Shown in pieces: positions 22,661 through 35,600 of a DNA stretch of 64,000 nucleotides. The stretch covers positions 4,216,001 to 4,280,000 of the forward strand of contig CM060733.1 of the NCBI GenBank assembly GCA_030704615.1, given 5' to 3'. Position numbers and translations under genes: made by a program. Positions within the stretch are counted from its first letter, which is position 1, and each line of letters opens with the position of its first letter. The notes beneath the pieces are model-generated. The model worked only from the letters and a program-made list of their open reading frames with translations. It had not been told where the DNA came from and made no database searches. The stretch is from Takakia lepidozioides (Eukaryota > Plantae > Bryophyta).

Positions 22661-24356
22661 CCGCAGGATCCCGTGTGTGGCTATGGTCTTAGCCCCTCCG
22701 TTTTCTCTCGATCTCTTTGCCCCTGGGCCTGCGATGGTTGTCCCCTCTGCATTACAGGTTTCCTTCCTTCTCTGTTTCCTCTGTTCGCTCGTTAGCTTTT
22801 CTTCATGGTCTCCAAAGCTTTAACACTGCATTTCCTTCTATGATCCGCAAGAGCATCACCCACTCAACCCACTTCTTTAAAACAAGGATTATGTGCATGC
22901 GATTTGCCATGACCTTCCCAAGCCCCCCAGTGTGCGAGAAATCCAACTAGGCTAAATACTCAAGTCCTTCATACATTCTGGTCATGGGTAACAACCAATC
23001 CCCGCCATGTTCCAACTCTTTGCCTCTTCTCAGCAACAGATTGATTGTGCACACCCTGACCAAGACATTACAGTTATTATTCAAGCTCTAAGGCATCCAT
23101 ATCTGCGTAGCAATGGAGAACAACATGCTTACATACGGAAAGTAACTGATTGAAGGCAAAAAAAAAAAACCATACTCAAGGCATCAGTGACCGCTGTGTC
23201 AAAAAGGAAACAAACAATGAAAAGGACTGCAGCCTAGACCACCATCTATGCAAATCAAGGAGGCCCAATGTTGACAACAAGTTTGAAACTGGTACTGGCA
23301 AGCAGACTAAGTACACAATTTGCTGACACACAGCAAACAAGCCACCAATTATTGGAACAAGTTCCACACCTGCATAGTAAACAGTTAAACCTGAGAATAA
23401 TGGAGAAGGTCTCACTCACAGTGCAGTTCAGACAGACAACACCAGTACATCCAGGAAAGGGTATAACTGCTTTCTCCACTTCCTGTAGTCTTTGCCAAAT
23501 CACTTGTACAGCTCTTGTTACAAAAAATGCACCAGCATAAGCGGTTTGACAGCCATAGGGTAGAGCTAATACGTTATGATAATGCCATGTGACTGGCTGG
23601 GATGGAAGTGATCTGCACAGAGAGCACATCTCAATGTAAACACTCGAGAAGCTCAGAGTAGCAAAGTCAACCATCTTGAACCTGATGTCAGTGGCACTAA
23701 TACTGAGGGTCTGCCCACCCTCACCTCTCTGCATGCTTCTCTCACTCGCTCTCTCTCTCGCTCTCTTCCCTGCACCCAGGCTGTCGGCATGCGGACAAGT
23801 GGCTCTGTGAGCACCTTAATGGAAGTTGCGGGAAAATAAGTTTATACCTTCAGCTGAGTTGCGGGGATAAGCTAAACCCTGGTAAGTGCAAACCTCACAA
23901 AAGGCAGCGGGATTGTAAGTTTCCCCGCGTGTTCAAATGGTCGTAAGGCTATGGCAAGCCAACGTTCACATGAGTACGTTTCTCTCTATCTCTCCCATGA
24001 CCAGTTAGGCATAGAACTTCCCTGAACCTATTTCCAGTCTGTGAATGGGTGAGGACCATGAGTGAGAGACAAACCTGTGGCATGCCAATCACAGCTTTAG
24101 TTCAAAGACGGCCTGCTCAACAAGTGCCTGAATCTTGCTGGAAGCGGCCTGCCGGTCTGCCGGAGGCAATAATGTTTTAATGCAGTTGCAGGATCTCCTC
24201 CCTCCAGTGCAGATACCTCGGCTCGATATGGCTCGTCAGCCACCACCATATCTCCCACTGCCAACACCTTCATCACACATAGCTGTAAATACACACCAAC
24301 ACATTGAGAGAAAGGGGGGGGAATGAGCAAGGGGGAAAACTGTGCTTGGATAAACG

Positions 24357-25739
24357 TCACGTTTGCTGTTGATGTACATACAGCCCTCCAGAAAGACTTA
24401 CCTTCATCAGCAAAGTATGAGTCAGTTCCCCACTGTCCATTTTCTTCCCTGGTTGCTGCTGTTGCTGGGAAGTGGTCAGGGGACGAAGCCTCATTGGGCT
24501 ACTCCTAGCCTCCTGCATCTCTAGCTGCTGCGCTTTGGTAGTTATGAGGCGCTGTATCTTTTCCAATGCCATCGGCCTATCTCGTGGACAACTACATTTT
24601 CCAGTGTTCGCAAAATCAGAAGAGAGTCCCACCAAAGCACCAAACATCCAATTTTGCAAAAAACACTACTAGATATTTGAACGCGACAAAACTTCCCTCC
24701 CCCAATCAAGAGAATGACGGCAGGAAACTTAAATATGCAGGAGGACGAAATAGGGACAGCGAATCCTCCCTGCAGTGGAATCTCTGCTCTAAAAGGGAGG
24801 TGTGGAGAATTTGGATATGTGACGACAAATCCATCCCTCATCAATTAACGAATCCACTGGAGTAGCTGAAACCAAGTTGCCACAGGAAAGTCCAGCCAGG
24901 TGACATGAATGTGTCACCATAATTTAATTCTGATTAGGACGCAGAAAATTGCTTATTCCTTAGATGAAAACTGGACTGACAATGCCATGCATCTTGCCAA
25001 CGCACACTGACCTGATCAAGGCAAGACGCAAATGCCGTAAGGCTTTGCCTGCATCACCCACGGCCAGTGCCGCGCTCCCAGCTCTGTAGGATAGATCGGC
25101 AGCCCGCGCATCAAATCTCTCGACACTGCCAACCAGACCTCTGGACTGATCCATCGCAGAGTTCTCGGGATCGTCAATTCCATCAGAATTCACGTTGGAC
25201 ATGTTCGGAGCAGAAGATTTTACTTCTTGATTATCAGAATTCCCCCACCACTCTCGTAGGGTTTCTGACGGAGACTTGTGAGGATACATGGCATGAAGGT
25301 CCCCATCGCCAACACCCGATCCGCTCAAGAGCCCGGTCTGAATATTCATTTCTGTACCATTTACATTGTGCTCAACATGTGAAGAGGAAGTCGAGAGTTT
25401 CCCGGAAGACGTGTTTGTTGCTTGAGCAGACAGGACAGAAGGGCTCAGAGGAGAAGATACAGAAAGAGGAGCCGAAGCAATTACAGAGAGATGGCGAGAT
25501 GCACAAGCATACTCCACATTGGCAATCGCTCGGTCAACCTGGCGAAGAAGTGCATCTGGGCCAGACAATGGCGATGGTGCAGACGAGGGAGAGCAGCCCC
25601 GCCTGCACCCCCATGGCTGGCCCCTCCTCTCTGGTTGCACGCTCACATTCACAGAGAGAAGAAGGAGACACATCCACTTCAGTTCAGTCATCCATTTCAT
25701 CCCACGTTCATCGACAGGATGTACTGAAAATGCATCCAT
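24357..25739 (-). CDS. Conserved uncharacterised plant protein (2+ exons)
   Basis: 'GPDALLRQVDRAIANVEYACA..FDARAADLSYRAGSAALAVGD..ALRHLRLALI' spliced to 'CPRDRPMALEKIQRLITTKAQQL'; resembles a small conserved land-plant family recalled from memory; start and 3' end uncertain. Confidence 0.6.
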
Positions 25740-26473
25740 CCATAGTGCTAGTCGGATGAATTAGTCGAGTATTGTAAAACCGCCCGGTACCCACGAGACA
25801 GGACGAATCTGACTGTTTTCAACGGTCAAGATTGGCAGGGCTTGCATGTACTCCATGCATTTTTAAGATTTTTTTTCTTTGTCATTTTTAAGATTTTGAT
25901 GTTTCAGTTACAACAAAAATCCCTTTTCTATATATGTGTTATATCATGTTACTGGTCCCCAGCCATAACACTAGAGAGGGTAAGTAGACTGTAGTAGAGA
26001 CAAAGAACATTTCCTAAGTATCTACAGTCTCACCTACCTACCTCGGGGCTGGTGCTGCAAAGTCCAACAAAGGTAAGGTATGCAAGGTGGACCCTCTCAA
26101 CGTGCTCAAAGGACACCACAATCCGTGATCGCCCTCTGCACTTGGGCTCCAAAGCTCCAATCATCTCTTTCCATAGCCTGGAGTGCATCAGTGCCTAATT
26201 GGACAAGAGAAAGTGTGCGGGTATGAGAGTCTACGGATTCAATCTTTGAACGACGACTTTCAAACACTTGAAGATATTTCTAACAACACGTGGGATCCTG
26301 CAGTATCTGAGTATGTAGGGCGATGATCCATAAGGGTGATGTCCGTGTTTCCACAATTCCATTCTGAACTCACTATCCTACTTCCTCTCTCCAGCACAAC
26401 TTGCAGCGCCCGAATTCATGAGAGCTGTCACGGTGCCTCGAGAAAGCTTGCAAATTTGCACGTAATTATAACC

Positions 26474-28423
26474 ATGCCGCTGCTCAAGAGCTTGGGCTTC
26501 CTTCCTGATGGGACAGTGCTGGTGGCATCAACTGTGGTGGGACTGATGCTGATCTGCTCTGCTCTACCACCTACTGTCTCCACCATACTTGTTCTGTTGA
26601 TTGTGGTTCTGGCGGCTTTGGGCAGCACCCGCTTCCCCTTGTTGCGTCCATTTCTGACAGGGAGCGCTCCGCTACCACCGGGAAGCATGGGGCTACCATA
26701 CTGGGGAGAGACCCTGGACTATATCAGATCTTTTAACACACCACAGAACCCAGACGAGTGGTATGATACGAGGAGGAAGAAGCATGGGAATATGTTCAAG
26801 ACCTACATTTTTGGCAGCCCGAGCGTGGTCCTGCTGGGCCCGGCTGCCAACAAGTTCATCCTCACCAACGACAGGGACCTCTTTGACAACAGCTGGCCCA
26901 AGGCAGCGCGGATGTTGGAGGGCGAGCATGCTTTACCTGTGGCACTGGGTTCCGAACATAAACGCATTAAGAGAGCTGTACAACTGTTTTTGGGGACTGA
27001 GCGTCTCAAGACTTTCGTGGGCCGATTCGAGGAATTGATTGTAAACCACTTTGACCACCATTGGGAGGGTCGTGACCTCATTCGAGCTCACCCTGATCTC
27101 AGGGCTCTCACTTTCTCTGTATCTGCTAATCTATTCATGAGCATCGATCCCCAAAGCCATGCCATGGAGGTCTTCAAGAGCAATTACGATAAGTTAGGTC
27201 CGGCTCTCTTTGCTGCCCCCGTCGACCTGCCTTGGACGTCATTTGGCAAAGGCATGAAGGCGACTCATTTTTTGCGCAATGGGATATTTGAGGAGATCAA
27301 GAGGCGACAAGCTCGGAAGGTAGAAAACGGAACAGCGCGGTCAGCCAGTAATTCTGTTGCTGTCAAGGACATGCTGGACGTTCTCATGGAGTATACGGAT
27401 GAAGAGACTGGGTTGCACTTCAGCCCTTCCCAAATTGCACAGAACCTAGTGGTAAACATACTCGCAGGACAAGACACAACTGCCGCGTCTCTGATGGTAA
27501 TTGTCAGGTACCTGGCTCTAAGTCCGAATATTCTGGCAGAAGTTCGGAAAGGTTAGTCTTCCCTCTGCTAGTCATCTTTCAAGTTAAGCTTTAGCTCCCT
27601 TGACATGAACTCGCTCTGGACCTCTTAAATGTTTCACATGCAGACTCCACAGTGCACTCAAACTTGCAATTAATACAGAAGAAGATGGCCAGCGCCGCTG
27701 TCCTGAATTCCGCTCCTGAAGCCTGTAAACAGTTGAGTCTAGTAATCATGTCTAATTGCTGTGTGCAGAATGCAAAAGAGTTCGTGACTCAAAGAAGCCC
27801 GGGGAGCCCCTTACATGGCAGGAGGTCAAGAGCTTGCATTACCTGAACAAGGTCCTCTCTGAAGGACTGCGAATTTCTGCACCCATTTCATATGGTGCCT
27901 TTAAAAAGGCCAAGTACGATATTGTCTACGAGGGTCGTCTAATTCCCAAGGGCTGGCAGGTCTGCATCTGCACACAGTTTACTGTTTCATGGCTTGCCAA
28001 AATCTAGGGTTGTCCGAGTTCTCCACTTCCTTGAGAGATTTTCTGTTTCTTTTTGTTTCATCTGTTGTGCAAACCTACCTCACCCTGGCTCGACCTTACT
28101 CAACACGTATGCAATGGATGCAGGTGAATTACAACATGCGCCAAACACAGAACAAAGCAGAGTTCTTCCCGGACCCTCAAATTTTTGACCCATCCCGGTT
28201 CAATGAGCGCCCTGATTCGTATTCCTACGTACCTTTCGGGCAAGGAGTGCGGATGTGTCCTGGAAATGAGTTTGCAAAATTGATGATGCAGATATTTCTG
28301 TACCACTTGGTTCTGAGGTATGACTGGGAATTGGTGAATCCGAAGGAGGGCATTAGGCTGGCATTTATCCCGAGCGCCGAGGAGGGATTACCTATCGCCC
28401 TTAGGCCCGCTTGTCTTGTTTAA
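26474..28423 (+). CDS. Cytochrome P450, CYP85 clan (CYP716-like); exons 26474-27551, 27769-27959, 28124-28423
   Basis: TM anchor, 'LPPGSMGLPYWGET', I-helix 'AGQDTT', ExxR 'EGLR', 'FDPSRF', heme 'FGQGVRMCPG'; in-phase GT-AG introns. Confidence 0.93.
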
Positions 28424-29990
28424 TTTCGCTCTCGTGGGAAAAACGACCTATTGCATCGTGGATGATTCCTGTCAGCTCGCAAGACACCACCTCGAGGATC
28501 CAAAATCGGCGGTATCTAGATTTACACCATCGCATTCTAGCTGTTTTCGTCACTTTCACGCCACTCCGACATGCTTGTCTGGTTGCACTTGGGTATCAAC
28601 CCGAGCACGAACGGACCGTATTGCGATTCGATTTATGCTTCTGAGTTGTCGGCAAACAATGATCTTGGCTAGAAGAAACTCTAAACCTACTTGATAGTGT
28701 GATCAATGTCACTTCTAGATTTGCAGTTGGGTGAAATATGCCCCAGATGCCTTGAATTGTTAAGCAGCGTCGTTCCTGCACATAATCTTATCATCTCTGG
28801 CTGCCAATCGCATATTTACTACCATGATCCAGATTCTAGAACAGTTTTATTTCAACAGATGTTCTCACCGATTTTCACATAATCAGTTGAGCACCTGACG
28901 CTGTCAGATGATCATCAAAACTTTATCGATCTTGTGGAACGTTACGACTTTTTCTACTCTACCATCATGATAAGGGATTCGACAATGTCATCATCAATTT
29001 GTCACCTCAACCAATCTAATTGGGCAAAACTGCAAGAAGATGCATCAGCAATAGAGTTCCAGTTAGCATGTGAAAGATCATGGCAAAACTCCACATTGGA
29101 AATTGTACATAGTTTCACGTAGCCCCTGGCCATGATAATGCCTATCACACTGACAGTGGCATCTCGCGGTGTTGTGATCGCCATGGCAAGAGAATGTAGC
29201 AAATGTTCCGTTCCTGGTGAGCAAAGTCAAATCTTCATGGCTGAATAAGTTTTGGTAGAGCTGACACTTGATTTCTTATAATTCGGAGAAGAGGTATTCG
29301 TAGTATCTCCTCAAGTAATTGCTCTGTTGAGATTTTTAAGTGGACACTCAATCGTCTATCACATGGTCTACAGAGGGGTAGGTGCATGCATAGATCTCCA
29401 TTGCCTTGCTGCAACTTATACCTGCTGGGGCATCATTAGTGAAGAGCACTTCTGGATAAACTCACCAACGTACTTCTGGCCGTCCAGCCTACTTGGAGCG
29501 ATTTGGAGCCAGTTGATAGAGACTTTTGATTCCAAAACAGCTGATACATGTGCAGACAACACTATGAACTGTCAAAGCACATGGTTCTCAATAACAACAA
29601 CATCCCTCCAGCAACTCGCCAAGAGACTGTCAGGAATTCAAATGCCGAGTAAGGGGAGAAAGATGACAAAGAACAACATATTTTGTCAGGCACATGATCA
29701 AGAAACATTACATCATCTTAGGCAAACAAAGGAGGTTGCATAACTGATCCCAACACAGAGATGTGCACCACCAGAAAGTCGACACTGGCGTACAAACAGA
29801 TGTCTGATACAACCCAGAAAGATAATCTTCCGCCATCAACCTCAGACCCACAGCTTATTTGCAAAATTGAGGATTAAAAAATGTCACCAATTTCCTTTAC
29901 TGGCCACTGAGGGAAACCACAAGAATGCCAGATTGGCAGCCTATATTACACGGGGGAGGAATCCCTTCTATGTTCAATCGATCATGACTT

Positions 29991-31420
29991 TCAAGAAGAG
30001 GGGGTGAAGTTGGTGGCATAAGCCCAGGCATTGTTGGCAACTGGGTTGTCCAAGTGGTCCAGCAAATTCTCCAGGGGTCCCTTGCCAGTGACAATAGCCT
30101 GCACAAAGAAACCGAACATGGAGAACATAGCGAGTCTTCCATTCTTCAGCTCCTTCACCTTCAGCTCTGCAAGAGTCTCAGGGTCATCAGCGAGCCCGAG
30201 GGGGTCAAAGTAGGTTCCACCAGGGTAAAGATCGCCACCATCACCAACACCAGGGAGACCATTGATGCGGAAGCCCTCTACAGCTCCCATGAGCACAACC
30301 TGTACAGCCCAGATGGCAAGAATGCTCTGTGCGTGAACCAGATTGGGGTTTCCAAGATAGTCGAGTCCTCCATCAGTAAAGATCTGAGATCCAGCCTTAA
30401 ACCACACTGGCTCCTTCAAGGTCACGCGTGTGTACTTCTGCAAAACTTCCGGTAGAATGCAGCCCAAAGCTCCAAGCATAGCCCACCTCGAGTGAATGAG
30501 CTGCAATGCGAAGGTCAGCGAGTTAGTCATCCTCACATAAAGCCCATCACGCTGCTATGACACCTAACTGCTTGGAGTTATCATCACAACACCCACCAGA
30601 ATGCTTGAGTGTCCCCCCGCACATTAGGACCAAAAATCTATCTGCGAAGGGGCAAGGAGATGTTCTATTGAAAACGTACCTCAAGAGCACGGTTCTTGGC
30701 AAAAGACTCAGGATCAGCTGACAGGCCTGCGGTGTCCCAGCCATAGTCTCCCGGGAACTCACCCTTCAAGTAACTGGGGGTTTGTGCAGAGAATGGTCCC
30801 AGGAACTTGGGACGATCGGGGCCGTACCAGTAATCGGCACTCTGCTCATATCAAAATACCAAACATACGTGCCACAACGTCAGAATGCCCTCGTATCATG
30901 TATAGATTGAAAAAGGAGACAGCAGTGGAGATAAAGTAAGGCGTGGCCCCAAAAATCAGGTACGAGACGCAGCGCAACGAAGACCATCCCCTGCAGCAAC
31001 TCGTGAGCTATCAATTACCAAAAATACGATACATAGGAAACAAATGCGATGGGAATATCGATGATTTCAAAAGAATCCGCATTCGAGTGGGTAAAGGCCG
31101 ATACAGCCAATGCACTCATTCCTACTAGAAACCTCCACAATTTTCCTTCTGACAACAGGGTCTCGCAACCTGACAAGACTGTACTCATGAACCATCGCAA
31201 CTTTTTCTTTCACGATCAGAAAGTAGCAATGTGGAGGTTCTCCTGCACTCTCTGTGAAGAAAATCACCACAAAGACAAGGGAGTATAGGGGGTGCTTCCT
31301 CACCATGGAGACCTTGGCCTGGCAGGCTGGGAGCCTCTCACGCAAGGCATTCTTGGTTGCAGTGGCACCAAAGAAGGTGGACCGGCTGACACTGGAGGAC
31401 GTAGCCGCAGCAGCTGCCAT
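29991..31420 (-). CDS. LHCB3: Light-harvesting chlorophyll a/b-binding protein Lhcb3; exons 31420-31304, 30841-30680, 30500-29991
   Basis: Transit peptide, '[32 protein letters not shown]', '[11 protein letters not shown]', Lhcb3-type '[20 protein letters not shown]', '[12 protein letters not shown]'. Confidence 0.93.
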
Positions 31421-31695
31421 CTCTGCAATCCTTCTCAGCAAATCTCAAAACCAACTCCAGACAGAAGCTTCAGAGAGAGAGAGGGAAAGAGTTGGTGGGC
31501 ACTGCGGCGGCAGTGAGGAGGACGAGAGCAATATGAGGATAGGCTATGTCGGGCAACGGGCACACTTGAAAACAAAACAGAGCAGCCCGAGATAGAACGC
31601 AATTCAATCGCGAATCGCGGCGTCCAATGAGAGGCATCCCAATCCTCCGGGCAGATCAAATCCAGGTCCCGAAATGTTGCTGAATCCAGCACATT

Positions 31696-31710
31696 CATTG
31701 GCCCACGTGG
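31696..31710 (-). promoter_or_regulatory. G-box (CCACGTGG) with adjacent CCAAT upstream of LHCB3
   Basis: cattggcccacgtgg ~280 bp upstream of the ATG; typical light-responsive elements. Confidence 0.55.
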
Positions 31711-32609
31711 CCCGAAATCTCGAACAGGATGAGCATTTTGGGAACGTCCAAAAGGTTTTTGGGAACGCGTTTTTTTGGAACCGGCAGGTTTGTTTGATTC
31801 CATGGAGAGGTAGTTTGTCACTATCTGAATGAAGGTAGATCAGCACAATTTTCCAACTATCTTCATGCAGGAAGTCCTGTAATTACCTGCATGAAGGTAG
31901 TGATAAATGTCCTAAGCTGGAAAAATTCGAAGTCCTTGAGGGATGTAGGTAGTTTAGCCCTTGCTGCATCCTGTCCCTTGGCACGTGCTTGCAAGGTTGC
32001 TTATTTACTTCTGGTCACAACAGAAACTCCAGGATTCATTAAAAGACCTTGCGATGTAGACCTATTTGTTGACAGCAAACACATCACAGTGCAGTGTCAT
32101 CTTGTTGTTTGACATCTTCACCTGGGGTCATAAGATGCTTGAGAGTTGCATAGAGGTAGAGATGGAAAAGGCTCCGTGGAAAAAAAGCATATCTTAAAAC
32201 ACATCAGCCACCTCTCCCAGATACTGCCGGCAGGGAAACACTGATGTATGGACAGGTCTGCACTGGACCTCAACACTCAAATCATGCACCCCTGATGACA
32301 TTCAAATCTTTGTTGGCATGTACTGGGTTTTAGCACCTGGAAGGTTGCCATTATCGGTAGTAAACAAGACGGAAAAAGAATTGATCCACGTTTCTCTTTC
32401 TACAGAGAAAGACCGACATGAACTGCACATAGCAGCGTACATGTAAATGTGACAGTAGTCAGGGTCAAATGAGATACTTTATTCCTACAGCATCCATCTC
32501 CAGACAAAACCATCTCATGCAGCTCATTTCTCCTACAGTTTAACCATATGTTTGTCAAAACCCTGAGCTGGTCTAGTTCTTCCTTACTTTCTTCCAGACT
32601 CTTGCTTAT

Positions 32610-35600
32610 GCAGTCAGACATTGGCACTGTCATCCGAAACCTGTCACAGAAAAGATGACGTTATAATCTCTGCCAGTCAACTCCAGTTGTATGCGTGTCA
32701 GCCCCAGCAGAAGTCATTTGACATCCCAAAGTTTCAGGAACTGCAATTGTCTATGTGATTTCTAACCAATAGCAGCAACTACTGAAAATAACTGCCATTA
32801 GGCATCTCTCAAAAATGCACAAACACATAAGAAAAAAGAGGAGAAAAAAAGAGAGATGAAAATGACCTCTATTGGCTCTTCATGTAACCGAGAACCCTGC
32901 ACATAACCACCCAAGCTGTAAGCTGCAGAACTATGATACTGAATTAAATGGGGTTCAGCAAACACTTTGGGAGTCAAACTCAAACCCGATGGAAGATCTA
33001 TGTCAACAACGTTGCAATTGCCCATGCGGAAATTCTATCAAGCTTGACAAAGCGTTTCTGACTTTTATGAAAAGCTGTCACCTACAACATGCCAAAATAC
33101 AGATGCATGGACCCTGGAATGTAAACTTAGTACCCTGGCCAACACTTTTTCTTTCTTTCCTGGCGACTTTCCCTTTCGCCCAGTCCCTGCATGGTACAAT
33201 TGACACAGTTAGAAATCTCCTTTAGCAAATATCTGTTTTGAAAAAGAAAGGAAATAAGTGTTACAATCGTGTACACCTTCTTTCCCTTTTGGAGTGGAGA
33301 CCTTCCGCCTTTTCTGGGACCCTGCCAAGATCACACACAATCACCTCTTAGTTACAGACTAAGCAATGGCATCAGATTAGTTCCACGAAAAATTCATGCC
33401 AATATGCAGGGGAGTAGGAGACTCCTGGTGTCACTTCACCCCGAAGGGCTATTGCCTTCCGTTTGGAAGGTGGACACCTTCTAACCACCGTAACCAGATG
33501 CCAGTATACATAGCAGATTGGAATGACATTGTAACTACTGGAAGGTTTATAAAGCAGCTTTGTATCTTAATCCAATCACAGGTCCATGTGACTTGAGAGG
33601 TTAGTTTTTAAATTACCTGTGCTTTCTGAGAGTGGTTTTCTTGGAGTAGGTGCCTTCTGTAGGAATCACCAAGTTACTTCAGCAGATTCCAGACGCACAG
33701 TTTTACCATTTCCAAATGTAAAGTTGAGACAAGTTTGGTTTGGAGATGAATGAACTAGGGACGTCCCTAGCACTGACACTAATTTTTTAACTTTCTGTCA
33801 ACAAGGGGCCAAATTGACGGCGGGTAACCAGCACACTTTCCGAATAATCACATCAGATTGTAGCAACTGCATGTGGCAGTCTTGGTGATTCTCTCAAGAC
33901 AAGAACAGAAAAGAATTATGGCATATCAGACAATGCATGGATAGGAATCACTTCAAATCTGACCCTGCTTTTGGGCGTATGAACAACTTCCTTGCTAGAA
34001 TGTGAAACCTCCTCAGTCTCTCGGTTGTGGATATTTCCTTCATCCCCATCAACGCTTGATTTTGTCTGTACATGACAAAGCTAACAGCCACATCTAATCA
34101 TTGACTTATATTAGTTCATCAAATTAATTCATTTCAAGTCTGCAACTGACTCTACAAACAATTTTGCCTACAACTCAATTTTTTTGATATAGGTAACAAG
34201 TCCTTCACAACTTCGACCTCTGAGAGCTCAGATGAAGGTTTCCATCAGAGCTGACATCTCCCATACAGTAGGTGTTATTCGATACACAAAAATTCCACTA
34301 AAGCTTGTGTCCGTCAATGGTCATTAATACTCGTTTCAGGACTAGGTGGAGATGCCATGAGTACTGTCAAACTGGCTGTCACACTCACCAGTTGCTGTAC
34401 TCTCTGGCATGACAACTGATTGACACCTCTGAAGGATCCCCATATAAGAGAAGAAAACTTGTCGGCATCCAAACCAATACACTGTGCTGCCGTAGAATGT
34501 CCCAAGAAGATTTTAGGGGCCAGGCAGCTTGATTGAGCACCAACAAATAGAGTAACCACAAGTCTAAAATAATCCATCCAACCCAGACACAACCAGCAAA
34601 ATGAGGCAATACATTTTCATCATGACAAAGCTGCATCTCTTACCATGGTAACATTCTTTCTTGTGTATTGTCTCTTGCTGCCTGTGATACTTTTGCCGGC
34701 TGCCTCTGCCAGAAAGCATTAACATGAAGACTAAAGAAAAAGACTTTGGAAACTACTGAATCAAATGAGGACTTCAGAAGAATGCAAAATGCAAACGAAC
34801 TGAAAAAAATCAGTTGTAGTTTTACATATATCGGTGGCTAGAACATAGCTTGACCCAAGTTGTGGTCAGCTTGTATCAACTGCAGATAGCTATTTAGCTC
34901 ATGTGTATTTGAGGCTCATTATTAGCTGGCAGAAATGCTGGATTCATAGTGCATGATGACATCAATAGTTGCTGCTTGTACTCAAATATATGACACAGAG
35001 GGCTCACCAGCTTTGACTTTTGTGGGAGATTGTTCAGCCGACTCAACCTCCACTTGATGGGACTGCAAGATCGCCAGAGAGGGCATGCAAGTCAATAACA
35101 AAAATAGTGCATCCCAACCATATACATCTGAAGATAAATCTAAATGCAAACACTGGAGAGAATATCAAGGAGCATGCAGAATCTCATCGGTGTTGCAAAA
35201 AAAGGAGCCAGAGCTATTACACCCCCATATCTTCATGTGCCAAGAGGTTCCAGGGCTGCTGCCTTACAGGTGCCCTTAAGATTTTGGTAAGCTGCAAAGC
35301 ATTGGTATCACTTGGAGAAGCAGCATCCACTCCCTCAAACTTTTGTTCCCCACTTTTCTAGTCAGCGGCATTCTTTTATGGACGATGAAGCTATGGCCTA
35401 TCCTACATCTGTCCATGGCAGGGATAAGGTATTCTACAGTTATAGGGCACGACTCCACTGCTGGTGTGAGTTTTTTGCTTTGATACCATGTAACAGCTCG
35501 ACTGTACACCGCCCAATTTTATTTTTTGGATAGCAATCAGCCTGAAGGAGTGCCACACATACTTCCAAACTTCGTGTAAGGCGCTGTGACAGGGTATCTC

